A DNA stretch of 64,000 nt from Camelus dromedarius. Lineage: Eukaryota. The translations under genes and the position numbers were made by a program. Location of the stretch: NCBI RefSeq assembly GCF_036321535.1, contig NC_087436.1, forward strand, positions 32,924,001-32,988,000. The letters are read 5' to 3'. The stretch's first letter is position 1, and the number at the start of each line of letters is the position of its first letter. The notes beneath the pieces were generated by a model. That model worked only from the letters and a program-made list of their open reading frames with translations, was not told the origin of the DNA and did no database searches. Below, piece after piece: positions 52,699 to 64,000 of the stretch.

Positions 52699-52859
52699 TA
52701 TTGATGTCACCCCAGACTGATGGTAGATTTAGGGAAAGAGAGAAAGACCAAAAGTCAAGGGGTAAAGCCCCTGACACTTAAGTGAGAGGAACCAAGAGGT
52801 TAATGAGTGACAGTAACAAGGAGAAATGGAGGGTAATATACTACTACTGCTATCAAAAT

Positions 52860-53040
52860 AAAAACCAACTGATGTTTATGGAATTCTTATTATGTGCCTG
52901 GTTTTCTGTGGAACTTTGGAAAAGCATTATCTCAGAGGAATATGCTCAACAATCCTTTGAGGAAGATACTACAATTATTCCCATTTTATGGGTAAATTAA
53001 CTGAGTTTTAGAAAAATTGAGTTAATTGCCCACATCTGCT
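52860..53040 (-). mobile_element. MIR SINE
   Basis: ttattatgtgcctgg..tcaacaatcctttgagg..ttattcccattttatgggt..aactgagtttt. Confidence 0.75.
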
Positions 53041-55789
53041 GTTTCAAGTTACCCAAGATAGCTCTGTGAAATGGTTTCTATGAAGTCATCTATCTATCCA
53101 TCCATTTATTTGTTTAACAAATTAGAATAACTGCTAGGTATTAAGGTGTAGCTATAGAAAAGTGTTTTAAAACCCAGTACCTGCCCCTGAGTCTGATGGG
53201 AAAGAATGATATAGGAACAACTGGTAAAAGCTATCGTGGAGGTATGATTTAATTATTTGTGAAATGAGAGTGTTGTGTTGCATAATCTTTAATATTTCTT
53301 CCAATTCCACCTCTGTGATTCTAGAAATAGCAAGAAGTAATCAATAAAAACAAAACTATACACAGCTTGGTGGTATAAAACTTGAATCTACTAAACTGCT
53401 GTTTGCGTAAGACCATCCATTTTTTCAATGCTATACAGAGTAGGAAATTTGGCAGTGGAGAAACAGTGTGAGGCAGCTGGGCATGATTTTGGGTGGGAGA
53501 TTCACATTCAAAGTTGGTGAAGTGCTTACAGTTTGCATGTGCATTGCACGTGTGTGACATCACTTCCCATGACTGATGCAAATGCTGGAAACAGTGGCAG
53601 GAGACTGATAGCCTGCCTTTAACCCTTTCCAAACAAGCCATCTTGTAGGCAGATGTTGACCACACCTTCTTGTGCATCTATTTAAATGAGCCTGGAGATG
53701 CGCAGGTTTCGGCTAAGCCAGGCCTTGGCATTAGAATGCACAGCCACTGAACCTCTTCAGGAAATGGGGATAAGAACTGTGTGCTTTCCTTTAATGCCCC
53801 AGGTGATGGAAATGATCAAAAAAATCAGCATTATTCTCGTTTAGGCTAAAGTCAAAATTCATTGTTGTGATTGTATGGTAATTTGAAATTTTGGAGGGAA
53901 TGGGGGTGAAAATAGGCTTACTGCGTAGGAGGAAGTCCTATTAAAGAAACAGTTTCCCAAATTACTTACTAGTGTAAACAAAATTGCAGAGAGAAACATT
54001 AAAACTACTTAAAGGAACAAAATGTTTTCATGTTTTTCCTTGCAAATAGTTCTCTAGTTTACCCAATGCAGGCTTTCCACTGACATAAATGAAACAAACA
54101 GAATAAAAAGTTATGGTAACATAAAATCACCTCTATACAGTTATTGAAACAAATTATGCTTTTAGTTTATGCATATTCTGTTGTGTTAAATCAGGCATTT
54201 GATACAATGTTTAATGATTTAGAATGACCACAAAAAAGTTGCTGGGAATTCATATTGCCTGTATTATATACTTTTCTGTAACATAAGTGTATGTGCACAT
54301 GTAAGTGTAAACTAAAATGTAAATGTAAGCTTTATATGAATAAAAGTAACAATATTTAAAGTAGCCTGTATTTTAGATTTTCCAGTAATTTGTGTAACTT
54401 CCCCTCTAATTATAGTTTCCATTATAGAAGAGTTACTAGGCTGACACTTTTCATCCTCCACATTTATAGTGTTTGAAGTACTACTGTGGCTTTTGCTCTT
54501 ACATACAACTTCAGGGTGGGTGGATAAGAGGGTCGTTACTTGTAGATTATCACTGAAGAAGGTAGAGCCCAGGACTCAATGTATTATTAATTGTTATTTC
54601 TGGAACCATAGGGGCTACTTTGAACAATTGGAGGAAAATGATATTTGAAAATAGACCCCACTGAAGAAAACAGATAGCACTATTCTGGCCTCATTCTTTT
54701 TCTTCTCGTATCAGAATTGATACTCTATTTGGATCGCTTTATCTTTGAACTGCATTTGAAAAATTTGCTAGCTCTCTTGCAGCTGCAAGTGCTGGTTATT
54801 TTGCTTGAATTTGTAGTTCTGTGATATTTTCTGACATACATGCATGATTCTATAAAAAATTGAGACATAGCTGTAATTTTTTTTCTTTAAGTCCTAGACA
54901 ATTCTGACTGAGCTAGTGTGATTAACATGTTTAGAAGTTTGAAGCCAAACCTTCACAACCTTGCCTTTGAAAGGTGTCAAGGTTTGTGGGAGGGGAGATT
55001 ACTTTTAAGGAAACTAAGCTTCCTTATGTTTCATGTTTGAGGATGAAATGAGATTGTGCCTCTTAATTTGCACAGCTTTGGAGAATGTAGAGACAGGATA
55101 GCAGAAACTAGGATATACATTTTTTAAAAGCCATTTCATTTCATAGTAGGAAACTGAGATCTAACTGCAGTGCTAGAAAATTTAACTGACAACTTCATTT
55201 TTTTAGTTGAACTTACCCATTTCTCCTATTTATATGATACATATCACAAGAATTAGTTTTGGAAAAACACAAGAGAAAACCTTAAAGGACATCTCCCTTT
55301 TAATATCTTAAGAAGGCATCTACTTCTAAGATGTTTTTGTGTAACTATATGTGTTTGTGAGAAGTAGAGTCTGTAACATTCCTGTAGGATCTCCTTCCAT
55401 TATGGCTCTGATCTGGCATGTCTGAACACTCAACCTAAATTAGAATGATTGGTCAGTCTACCTTGGAAAACTCAGAAGCCAACTGGAGATCCTGTTGCAG
55501 CCAAACTCAGGCACGTAATTAAAACCAGCTTACCTTTTTTAAAATCAGAAAATTAAAAATGACATATACTGGCTCAGCTAAAGGTCTTGGGGCCCCTCTT
55601 ACTGGTAGTGGCAATTCATAATCGTGCATCAGGAAAGGACAGAGCAAAGGTGGTTGTTCCTAGTTATATTGCAGATTTTCATTTTCTTTTTTTTTCATTT
55701 TCTTTTAAATATTTCTGAAATAACGTTTTTTTTTCAGGCGATAAAATTAAAAACATCCTGAAATGTATAATTTATTAATTATTTTAAAA

Positions 55790-56105
55790 AAAACTTTGCA
55801 TTTTGAGATAATTTTATATTCACATGCAGTTATAAGAAATATAAAGAGATCCATATACCCGTCACTCAGTGTTCTCTAGTGGTAACATCTTGCATAAATA
55901 TAACACAAAGGAAATTGACATCAGTATAATCCATCAGCTTTTTTTTAGATTCATGAGTTTTACATGGACTCATTCATATATATGTATGTGTGTGTATTTA
56001 GCTCTATTCAATTTTATTACATGTGCAGATTTATGTAATCACTATGACAGTCGAGATACAAAACAGTTCCATCACAAGGATCCCTCCTGCTAGCTATTCA
56101 TTTTT
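55790..56105 (-). mobile_element. Old LINE-1 3' end (L1MC1/2-like)
   Basis: ttttgagataattttatattcacatgcagttataagaaata..agagatcc..tggtaacatcttgca..aaggaaattgacat..ttccatcacaaggatccctc. Confidence 0.85.
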
Positions 56106-58515
56106 AATAGGGGAATAAATTGAAAGATTTATTCACCAATTTGAATAGCTTCTCTGATGCTATGTTGTATCTGAAATAGTTTTGAAAGATGCTAAACGAC
56201 TCTAAATGACTAAGGAGACAGAAGAAGTTAGCCTTCACAATAATTCCAGGGAGTGGGCAGAAATTGTGGGAGCTGGTCTCCCTGTGGAGTTTTTTTGGGA
56301 ATATAAACAATGAACTTCCATGCTGCTTTAGAAAAAAGTTGCTGGGCAGAGAGTGGAGAAAGATTTTAATGATATCTGGAGCAAAATAAGGCAGGGCTTT
56401 AAGGACACAGGTTAGTTGGTCTTTTGCAGTTTTAACAAAAGGAAGTTAAAAATTGCAGTCTTAGATTCTTTCATGTGAAAAAAAAAGCAATGTCAGTAAG
56501 AATTTTAAAAAAAAAATTGTTGCTGTTCTGTGCTCTTTGAAAAGAGCTTTCTCCCGCTGGGAAAAGAAAAAAAATTATTTGCCCCCGTATCAAGTTTAGG
56601 ACCACTCACCAAAATGGCTAGCTTGGCAGAGGCTGCTGCTTAGCTGAGAGCTCAATTGTGTGATTCACTTGTAGCTCAGCATGAAATTTCCTCATGGACA
56701 ATAGACATTTGTGTTCACACATTTGGAAAACGAACTTACACAAGTAACTGCAGTTCATACAGTTTCTTAAAACTATAAAACACTGACACTTTTAAACTAG
56801 TGGACTTTGGGCTACACTCAAAACAAAGCTTTGTGTTCTTTGCTGTACCCTTCATTTCTTGGGTAATGAAGACCATCCATAAAGTGAAATTGTTAATAGC
56901 AGAAAATTGTGAGAAGTCAATCATAAAAGCTTCATTCTGGTTACTTTTTCCTTCTTTTGTCCCTTTGGAATTAAACATATTCCTTCTGTTTTAAAGAGAA
57001 TGTTGGTTTAGTTATAATTAAAATTCTGTTCTTTTCCACTAGTAGGTGGAAAAGACTATCTGACGTACTACTAATTAAACTCCTTTTAGAATGAGCATTT
57101 CTTTGATGAACTGTACTGAGGTTTATCTTTGAAGACCTGGAATTTACTGCTAGATCTAATGGGAAAGATTTAGGAAAGTAGATGAACTTGAAATACATCA
57201 AGTAGGGTGTTATTTCCTTAGAAAATGCTAAGAGGACTAAAGCACAGGACCCGAGGCTCAAGGCCTTTGTTTCACTGCTATTGTGTTAGCTCTACTTCAT
57301 TTCCTAAGTGTGCCTCACCTCTCCAACCACAGGTCCCTACAGGCTCACTCATTCCCATTGCCGTAGGCAGAAAGTTTATCAGTGATAATAGTTGCTGTTA
57401 AGAATTTGGAGGTAGTTAGAACTTATATGCCTTCATCAATGTAAGATCTGGAGCAGCTCTTGTGCATGTTGAGCTTCTGAGAATCTCCTTAGGTCCATAA
57501 TTTGGTTCCTAGGGATGAACCCTGGGTTTGTCCTACTCCTTAGCTGTGATTCTTCCTTCTTTGTTCCCACATTGGCCCTGTTATAGGGACTGGTCTTCTA
57601 CCCTAGTCTCCACTTCTGAGACGTTGTTCAGACCCTCAGTTTAGAGGCTTCAGGAGCTTCATCTTTTTACTTTGGCCTTTTGGTTCCTCTTACCTGGGTT
57701 TGGAGCCTTCTACATCCCATCGGGGGCATGCTTTCTTATTGACGGAATCCCCCATAAATCAAGTATCCATAATCACGTCACTTTCTAGTTCTCTATCTTT
57801 CTTCTTAAATATTTGGTGTAAAGAACACTTCTGAGAAGCTAATGAAAACTCCAGATTCTTTTCCAAGAATAATGAGTATGCATCTGTGAGTGTGTGTAAT
57901 TTGTGTGCAACAGATAAGAATATCGTTTTTATTAAAATTTCAGAAGACACATAGCACTCTGAATTCCATGTATGGATCTCACAGAAATCGGTTAAACTCA
58001 AGTCAATAAATCCTCAATTTATTTTCTTAATTTTCAGGTAAAAAATTGGGGCCCTCAGGTTAGGAGTGGGTCTTTACTGATGGCTTGCATTTACTGATGT
58101 TGCTCAGATGCTAGATGATAGGTCAGTTGACTGTTAAAGGAAGCAAAAATCTGTAAACTTCTCTTTCAGTACTATAATCAATAAGCTGTAATATATCAGT
58201 ACTCACGTAACTTACTTGACCATTCTCTCTTGCATCACTGGTTTTAGATTGTGACTTTTCCTGCCTATTATGTTTGCATTGCTGTGCTGAGATTTATGTG
58301 TCCTCTTTGCTCTAGTTTCTCCAGTCAGTCCTCTTTGCAGCAAAATTTTCCTCCTCACCAAAATTATTGTGGAATAAAAGTTGACCCTAGATGGGAGGAG
58401 TGTTTTTATCTGATAATGTATAAAACCAGATCTTAATTATTTTACAGTGTGCATTGGTGGATAATGTGACTCCCAGAACTAGATGAGGTATATTCAGTAA
58501 TTTGGATTGTGCGTC

Positions 58516-58876
58516 TGTATTAGTCTGCTGGGGCTGCCATAACAAAATACTGTAGTAAATAAGTAAAGGTGGCTTATACAACAGAAATGTATTTTCTCAC
58601 AGTTCTGAAAGTTGGAAGTTCAAGGTCAGAGTGCCAGCCTGGGAGTTCTGATGAGGATTCTGTTCCTGGTTTGCATACAGCCTTCTCTGTGTGTCCTCAC
58701 ATGGCAAGCTCTCTGGTGTTTCTTCTTATAAGGGCACTAACCCCATCATGATGTCTCCAACCTCATGACCTCATCTAAAGCAGATTATCTCCCAAAGGTC
58801 TCATCTCCAGATACCATCACATTGGTTAGGGCTTCAACATGTGAATTTTATGGGACACACAATTGAACTCATAGCA
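58516..58876 (-). mobile_element. MaLR solo LTR, MLT1A-like, with 5-bp TSD
   Basis: tgtattagtctgctggggctgccataacaaaatac...gggcttcaacatgtgaatttt..catagca; flanks gcgtc (58511-58515) and gcatc (58877-58881), differing at one CpG. Confidence 0.93.
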
Positions 58877-59729
58877 GCATCTCCGAAAGAGAAATGTGGT
58901 AAAGGCATATAGTGTCCAGTTCTTCAAGGAAGAATGATCTTCCAGCTGGGGCTTGTATGCTAAGAAATGCAGGGGAAAAGAGGGGCAGGTAAGAATCACA
59001 GAAGGGAAGAGAACAACAAAGAAAGAAAACAGAATGTCTAAGGGTAGATTTTATTGGACATTCACATCTGTTTGAAGAATAATCTTCATCAGAATCCAGT
59101 GTGGACAGATTAGGGATCCAGCCAGATAAAGACCCTGTTCCTCCAGAGATCAAAAAATGTATTTTAATTGAGTACATCGCTCAGGGTTTAGAGTGAAAGG
59201 TAGAAGAACAATTCCAAGCATTGGCCTTGAGTGCTGTTGAACTAACACAATGGTGAAGACAAGTGAAACCTGAAAAAATACTTTAAACCTGGATCAATCT
59301 ACCAAGATGGGATTTGCTTATAATTTATCCTAGCAGGATGTATTTAGTGCCTTGGACTGAGATCCCGGGTAGCCTCAATTAATGAGTCTGCTTATACTGC
59401 CTTTGGACTTCACTGGATAGCAGGGAGGGTTTGTGCTGCTGAGAAGGAGAACTGAGTTTGAGTTGGAATGCTATCAGGTTTGCTTGTTATCACATAGGTA
59501 CTGACAAAAAGTGATCTCAAGCAATGGCAGACTAGAAAGCACACTGGACTGATCCAAAGGGAGATGTTCCATTGCATCTCAGAAGAATGGTCTTAAATTC
59601 TGACACAATTATAGAATTTTTCTTTTATGGACATAGTTTTGGTAAGATTGGGGAGTCACCAGCCTAAGGAAAGCAAATCAGGGGTTCTGACTTTCTGACA
59701 GACTCTCAGTCTCCATCACTGCGGAGGGA

Positions 59730-59945
59730 GTGGTTTATGGCATGAATCTTTGTGTCAGATGGTTGAGTAATGAATCCAGCTCTGCCATTCATGAACTGTT
59801 GTAACCTTGGGCAACTTATATGAATTATCAAATGAAGCCTCAGTTTCCTAACTTGGTGATTGTGAAGATTGGTTGAGACAATGTAAAGAAAGAACTGAAT
59901 GTAGAACTTGACATATTTTAAAGCTCTACAAATGATAGCTGTTAT
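59730..59945 (+). mobile_element. MIR SINE
   Basis: gaatccagctctgccatt..taaccttgggcaactta..gaagcctcagtttcct..gtgaagatt. Confidence 0.85.
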
Positions 59946-62564
59946 AAGACTGATAATTCATCAATGCAGTGATTGACCATCTATGCTTGGCAAGAGTTTA
60001 AAAGTCACCATCAAGCCCAGTTTATTCCACAGACTGCAGGACTGGTTTGTGATACCTAACTTTCTTCCCCCTAATGGTTTTCAGTGACTCTTAACTCTTG
60101 ACTGTCTCAGAATGCCAGGGAACAAAATTACACATGTGCAGCTTTCCTGCACTTTTCCTACAATAAAGATTCTTATAAAATTCAAAAAGCACTTGAAGTG
60201 AAATTCACATGGGAAGTGGCATGTAGTCACCTTTTGGGGGAACAGTTAATTGATTTTGGTTAAATATGTTTTAATTAGATCAGAACATACAGACCAGGGC
60301 TTATTTTTGGGTATAATCCTAAACTTATTCAAGATGGGATCAATTAATTAGGTTTTATTTATATAGCCTTTTTAATTCCCATGTAAATAGTGAGTTATTA
60401 TCTGAGTTGGATGCAGTTATTTGAGTTATTTCTCAAATCAGGAATTTCAGGCATAAATTGCAAAATAGTCCTCTATATATTGATCCATTAAGCAATTTAT
60501 GCCTGATGGAACAGTATCCCATAGAGAATTAAAGTCCAAGATCTTGTAAGAAAAGATCTCTACCTAGCACCATGCAGTGAGCCTGTGCTTTCAGTGGAAT
60601 GTTTCGACAAAAGTAGTAAAGTAAAACTTTGCTTTGAAAGGATGAAGTAGCTGTGGCAGCCACTTCTAATGGTGGGTGTTGTAACTGAACCTGGTACCGT
60701 AGCCAGACCACAAGAGAGGCAGAAATGTTTGTGAGTAAGGAAAGATGGTTCTGTTTCACTCTACCCTTTTCTTATGGTTTCTCCCATCCAGATGTGCAGC
60801 CTCAGATCAAAATTCTACTTCTATTATACTGTGTATGGAATCTAATGAGATTCAATAGCTCCATTATGCATTATTTTCTCAATGTCTGTTAGCCATAGTT
60901 CCTGAACTTAACTTTAAAGCTTTCTCCCTTGCTATTAACATCCTGTTCATTTGCAATTTTTTCATAACCCAGTAAAACCACCCTTTTGCAGCCCAAGTTT
61001 GAGTTAGTTGTTTGCTTGCCTGAGGCTGATCATGCAGACAAGCTGAATGGTCAGCTAAAGTGATAGATTATTCTAGACTCTTGATTCATAGTAATCACCT
61101 AAAAACACTAGATGGCACAGGAGAGGTATAAATGGACCATGGAGAACCCAGCTCTCAAACTGTGTGTTTTTGAAGAATTCTTAGTGTTAAAAGTGTTAAA
61201 AGAGCAACATTTTAGGATATTATTATTTGTTCTTTTCTATTAACTTTCCTATTGTTGGTTTAAGTTTTTTCCTTTGGATTTTTCAGCACTGGGTGATAGA
61301 AGGTAAATTTCTCCTTTCTAGCTTGAAAGCAGACACAAAAGTTCTTGGTTGATTTGTGTCTTCTTTTTCTTTCTTCGATTTTTCAAAACACATATATACA
61401 TTCTCTATGAACGGCAACAATGCATACTATATATGTTTATATATGTGTATGATAATCTTTATGGGTGAATTAAATATGTGCTGTTTCAGGTAACTTAGAG
61501 ATGATGCACACCATGGTATGTGTAAATGTGCAAGTGATTCTATTTACTGTTTTAAGTGTGTGACTAAATAGAGCTGAATTGTGAGTTTTTTCTAAGAGCA
61601 AAAAAATCTAAACACAGAAACACAGTGTTTTTAATCTCTATTTTTTCTCAGCTTATAGTGAGTACATGTATTCCAGGAAGTTCCATGTATATTGTGTTTA
61701 TTAAACAAGAGGTTAATTTATCATTTCTTTTAATGGAAAAATGATTAGGTATGAACAGGATAGTATGTTAAAAAAATTCTCTATACTGGGACTTAAACCA
61801 CTACTGATTGCAGCAACAGTACTATTAGCCATAATTATAAAAATTCTTCTCGTTCCTAGGGAGCATTGTAAAAACCATGGGCTGGTCCCATGGTTTGCTG
61901 TTGAACAATTTTTCAGATTTAGTGGAGAAAAAGTATAAAAAGGAAGCTTATAACTGGTCATGCTAAAAAAAATATTTGTATGGAGAAAGTTGGCATGACT
62001 ATCAAAGAGTGAATAGATTCTCATTTTAAAAAAACAGATCTGGTTTATTTGAGTTTTTTAGAAAGTTCTTTGGGCAATTAGTGATAACTTAAAACCAATG
62101 CAAGCAGTTTCAATATGTTGTTCCCCAGTCTTTTCCATAGACTAATTGAGCTCACTGGCACAAAATATTGTTTTTTCATCTGCAATATGGGGAAAATAAC
62201 ACCTACCTTAAAGGGCTGTTTTGAGAATTAGATATAATGCTTGTGCGTTTATATAGATTTAAATAATCTCAGGTTTTTAAGATTAACAACTTTATTGCAG
62301 AATTAAGTCATTGAGGAAGAAGCAAAATAACCAGAAACATAGAACAACATCATTTCTAATCTAAATTTTTAAAAATATATAGCAAGTCCACATATCTCTG
62401 ATCGTTACCTGTAAAGAATTGATCTGCAATTACTTTAAACTTTTCTGTATTTTATTTTGGAAGAAATGATTGTACAATACATCATATAATCACATGCAAC
62501 ACAGTTATCTTTATATCTAAAAATGATAGTTATTAGATATTTTGGGTGGAGGCTATATACTATA

Positions 62565-62990
62565 TTGGAGAGAGCATAAGTTTAGTGTTCCACAGATATG
62601 GGCTTAAATTCTGTTCCCACCACTTACTAACTAAGTACCTTGAATACTTAGTTTTCAAGGTCTTATTTTCTTATTTGTAACATGCGATTAATACTGTCTT
62701 ATTGTACAAGGCTGCTGTGGGTTAAATAGGATTGCTAACCTCAGCACCTCAGTACTGTGGACATTTGGGGCCAAGTAATTCTTTGTTGTGGGAGCTGTCC
62801 TATGCATTGTAGGATGTTCAGCAACATTCATGGCTTCTACACACTAGATACCAGTAGCACTTCTCCCACAGTTGTGACAGCCAAAATTGTCTCTAGGCAT
62901 TGCTAGATTGCCCTCTGGTTCAAAACAACTGGTGTGTAATACACCTTGCATAAAACTGAGTAAGCATTCAAAGAATGATAGCTGTTACTA
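62565..62990 (+). mobile_element. MIR SINE interrupted by MER20
   Basis: ccaccacttactaact..accttgaa..ttttcttatttgtaa (left part); taagcattcaaagaatgatagctgtta (right part). Confidence 0.7.
62728..62932. mobile_element. MER20 hAT-Charlie MITE
   Basis: gacatttggggccaagtaattctttgttgtgggagctgtcctatgcattgtaggatgttcagcaacat...cactagataccagtagcac...gttgtgacagccaaaattgtctc. Confidence 0.92.
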
Positions 62991-63369
62991 CAGTTTAGCT
63001 CAGCAGTAACTAATAAGTTTTGACATTAATGACTTTATCAGAAATTAGCAGATTTGTCCCCAGTCATCTAATGTAGAGATCTTTGAGATAGGAATTCAAT
63101 AAGAATATTTTCATAAAGTTACTTGTTTATTTTATACTTGTAGGTTAGCTGAGTGAGTCAGTTCATCAATCATACTTTAAATCAATCAATTACAGAATGT
63201 AGATGATGTTAAATAATCACTAGGGGCAAAGTTATTGTACATGTAACTTTTATGTAGTCAAATCCTTAAAGGACATGTATTAAATAAAGGGACTAATTAG
63301 ACCTCATTGTGGGTCTATCTGCAGGATGCTGAGCAGCAAAGAACCCACGAATATTCTTTATCACTCTGA

Positions 63370-64000
63370 TTATTTGTTAGTCACTTATCATGCAACTATT
63401 TAATGTACTCTTCATTTTAAGCACTGTGTGAAGTCCCTGGGGAATCAGTGCCATTCCTTAAGGAGTCTAACGGGGAAGGTAGACAAATAAACCATAATTC
63501 AGTGAGATCTGAAATGTGGATTCATTTTTTGTAGGTTCTGTAAATTCACTTGGAATGTAAGATAAAACTTCCCCAAGGTGAAATCTGAGCTAAATGGTGA
63601 AATCAGAACAGAATTAAACAGGGTGAGAATCAGGAGTGGATATTCTATATTATAATAGCATATGAATAGGGTGTAGAGAATACTGTATACTTTACTTTCC
63701 TTAAGGATATCAGTGTACTGGTTGAGAGATGTGATTGAAGGGTTAGGTGGTCAGTTTATGAAATACTTCATACACACATTAAAAAGTTTGGAGTTTTCAG
63801 CTATAGTATCAATTAAATCATTATAATCTGGGGTATGATTTCATTTAATTTGCATTTTAGGTAACTCTGATGTAATAAAAAGGACTAGAGAGGGAAGACA
63901 ATTGCAGAAGCAGGAATACTTATAGTATATTGCAGTAATCCAGCTAAGAAGTGAGGAAAGCTTAAAACTAAGCTAATGACATTAAGAATAAAAGAAGGCA
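63370..64000 (-). mobile_element. LINE-2 3' region (runs off the window)
   Basis: aagcactgtg; ccttaaggagtcta; tctgagctaaatggtgaa; tttgcattttaggtaactctg; attgcagtaatccagctaagaagtga. Confidence 0.75.

Noticed and set aside
56644..56680. Short hairpin gctgagagctcaa..gtg/cac..ttgtagctcagc
   Set aside because: Only about 14 bp with several bulges; too short for a pre-miRNA.
58020..58045. Recursive splice sites (pyrimidine tract-AG|GT at 58037; also 7600 and 14254)
   Set aside because: The regenerated donors (gtaaaa, gtagtt, gtatct) lack the GTRAG consensus of vertebrate recursive sites.
61872..61896. Perfect 10-bp stem-loop AAACCATGGG-ctggt-CCCATGGTTT
   Set aside because: Isolated and short; consistent with chance and not a known motif (not a histone stem-loop or IRE).
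1..64000. The many 60-166 aa ORFs in the supplied track as genes
   Set aside because: Many start at non-ATG codons and none resembles a recognisable cellular protein. Those with recognisable motifs are L1, ERVL or MaLR remnants.
1..64000. CRISPR array, operon or other prokaryotic system
   Set aside because: No regularly spaced repeats and no gene-dense coding. The repeat content is unambiguously mammalian.

Overview
This is AT-rich placental-mammal genomic DNA, not prokaryotic: there are no operons, CRISPR arrays, rRNA or tRNA genes. I saw no Alu, B1, Bov-tA, PRE-1 or SINEC copies. The youngest LINE-1 3' UTRs (20.4-22.0 kb, 52.2-52.6 kb) resemble camelid L1, so a camel/alpaca-type genome is likely (recalled, not searched). 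The window looks like the interior of a very large + strand gene. It has one convincing 62-nt internal exon (13705-13766, AKRKKNQFDQQQLEREQAAF.., gene not recognised), flanked by >13 kb and about 50 kb of intron. The introns carry L1, L2, MIR, MaLR, ERVL, ERV1 LTRs and hAT MITEs. The supplied ORFs are chance ORFs or decayed L1/ERVL fragments. I found no convincing new biological system. The best leads are two L1 copies whose 5' end is fused directly to far-downstream L1 sequence, a young L1 with a micro-inversion nested in a young solo LTR, a pre-miRNA-like hairpin formed by head-to-head MIRs, a CpG-retaining patch, motif-dense unique blocks and cryptic/micro-exon candidates. Repeat family names are from recall of consensus sequences, and boundaries are approximate unless TSDs are quoted.
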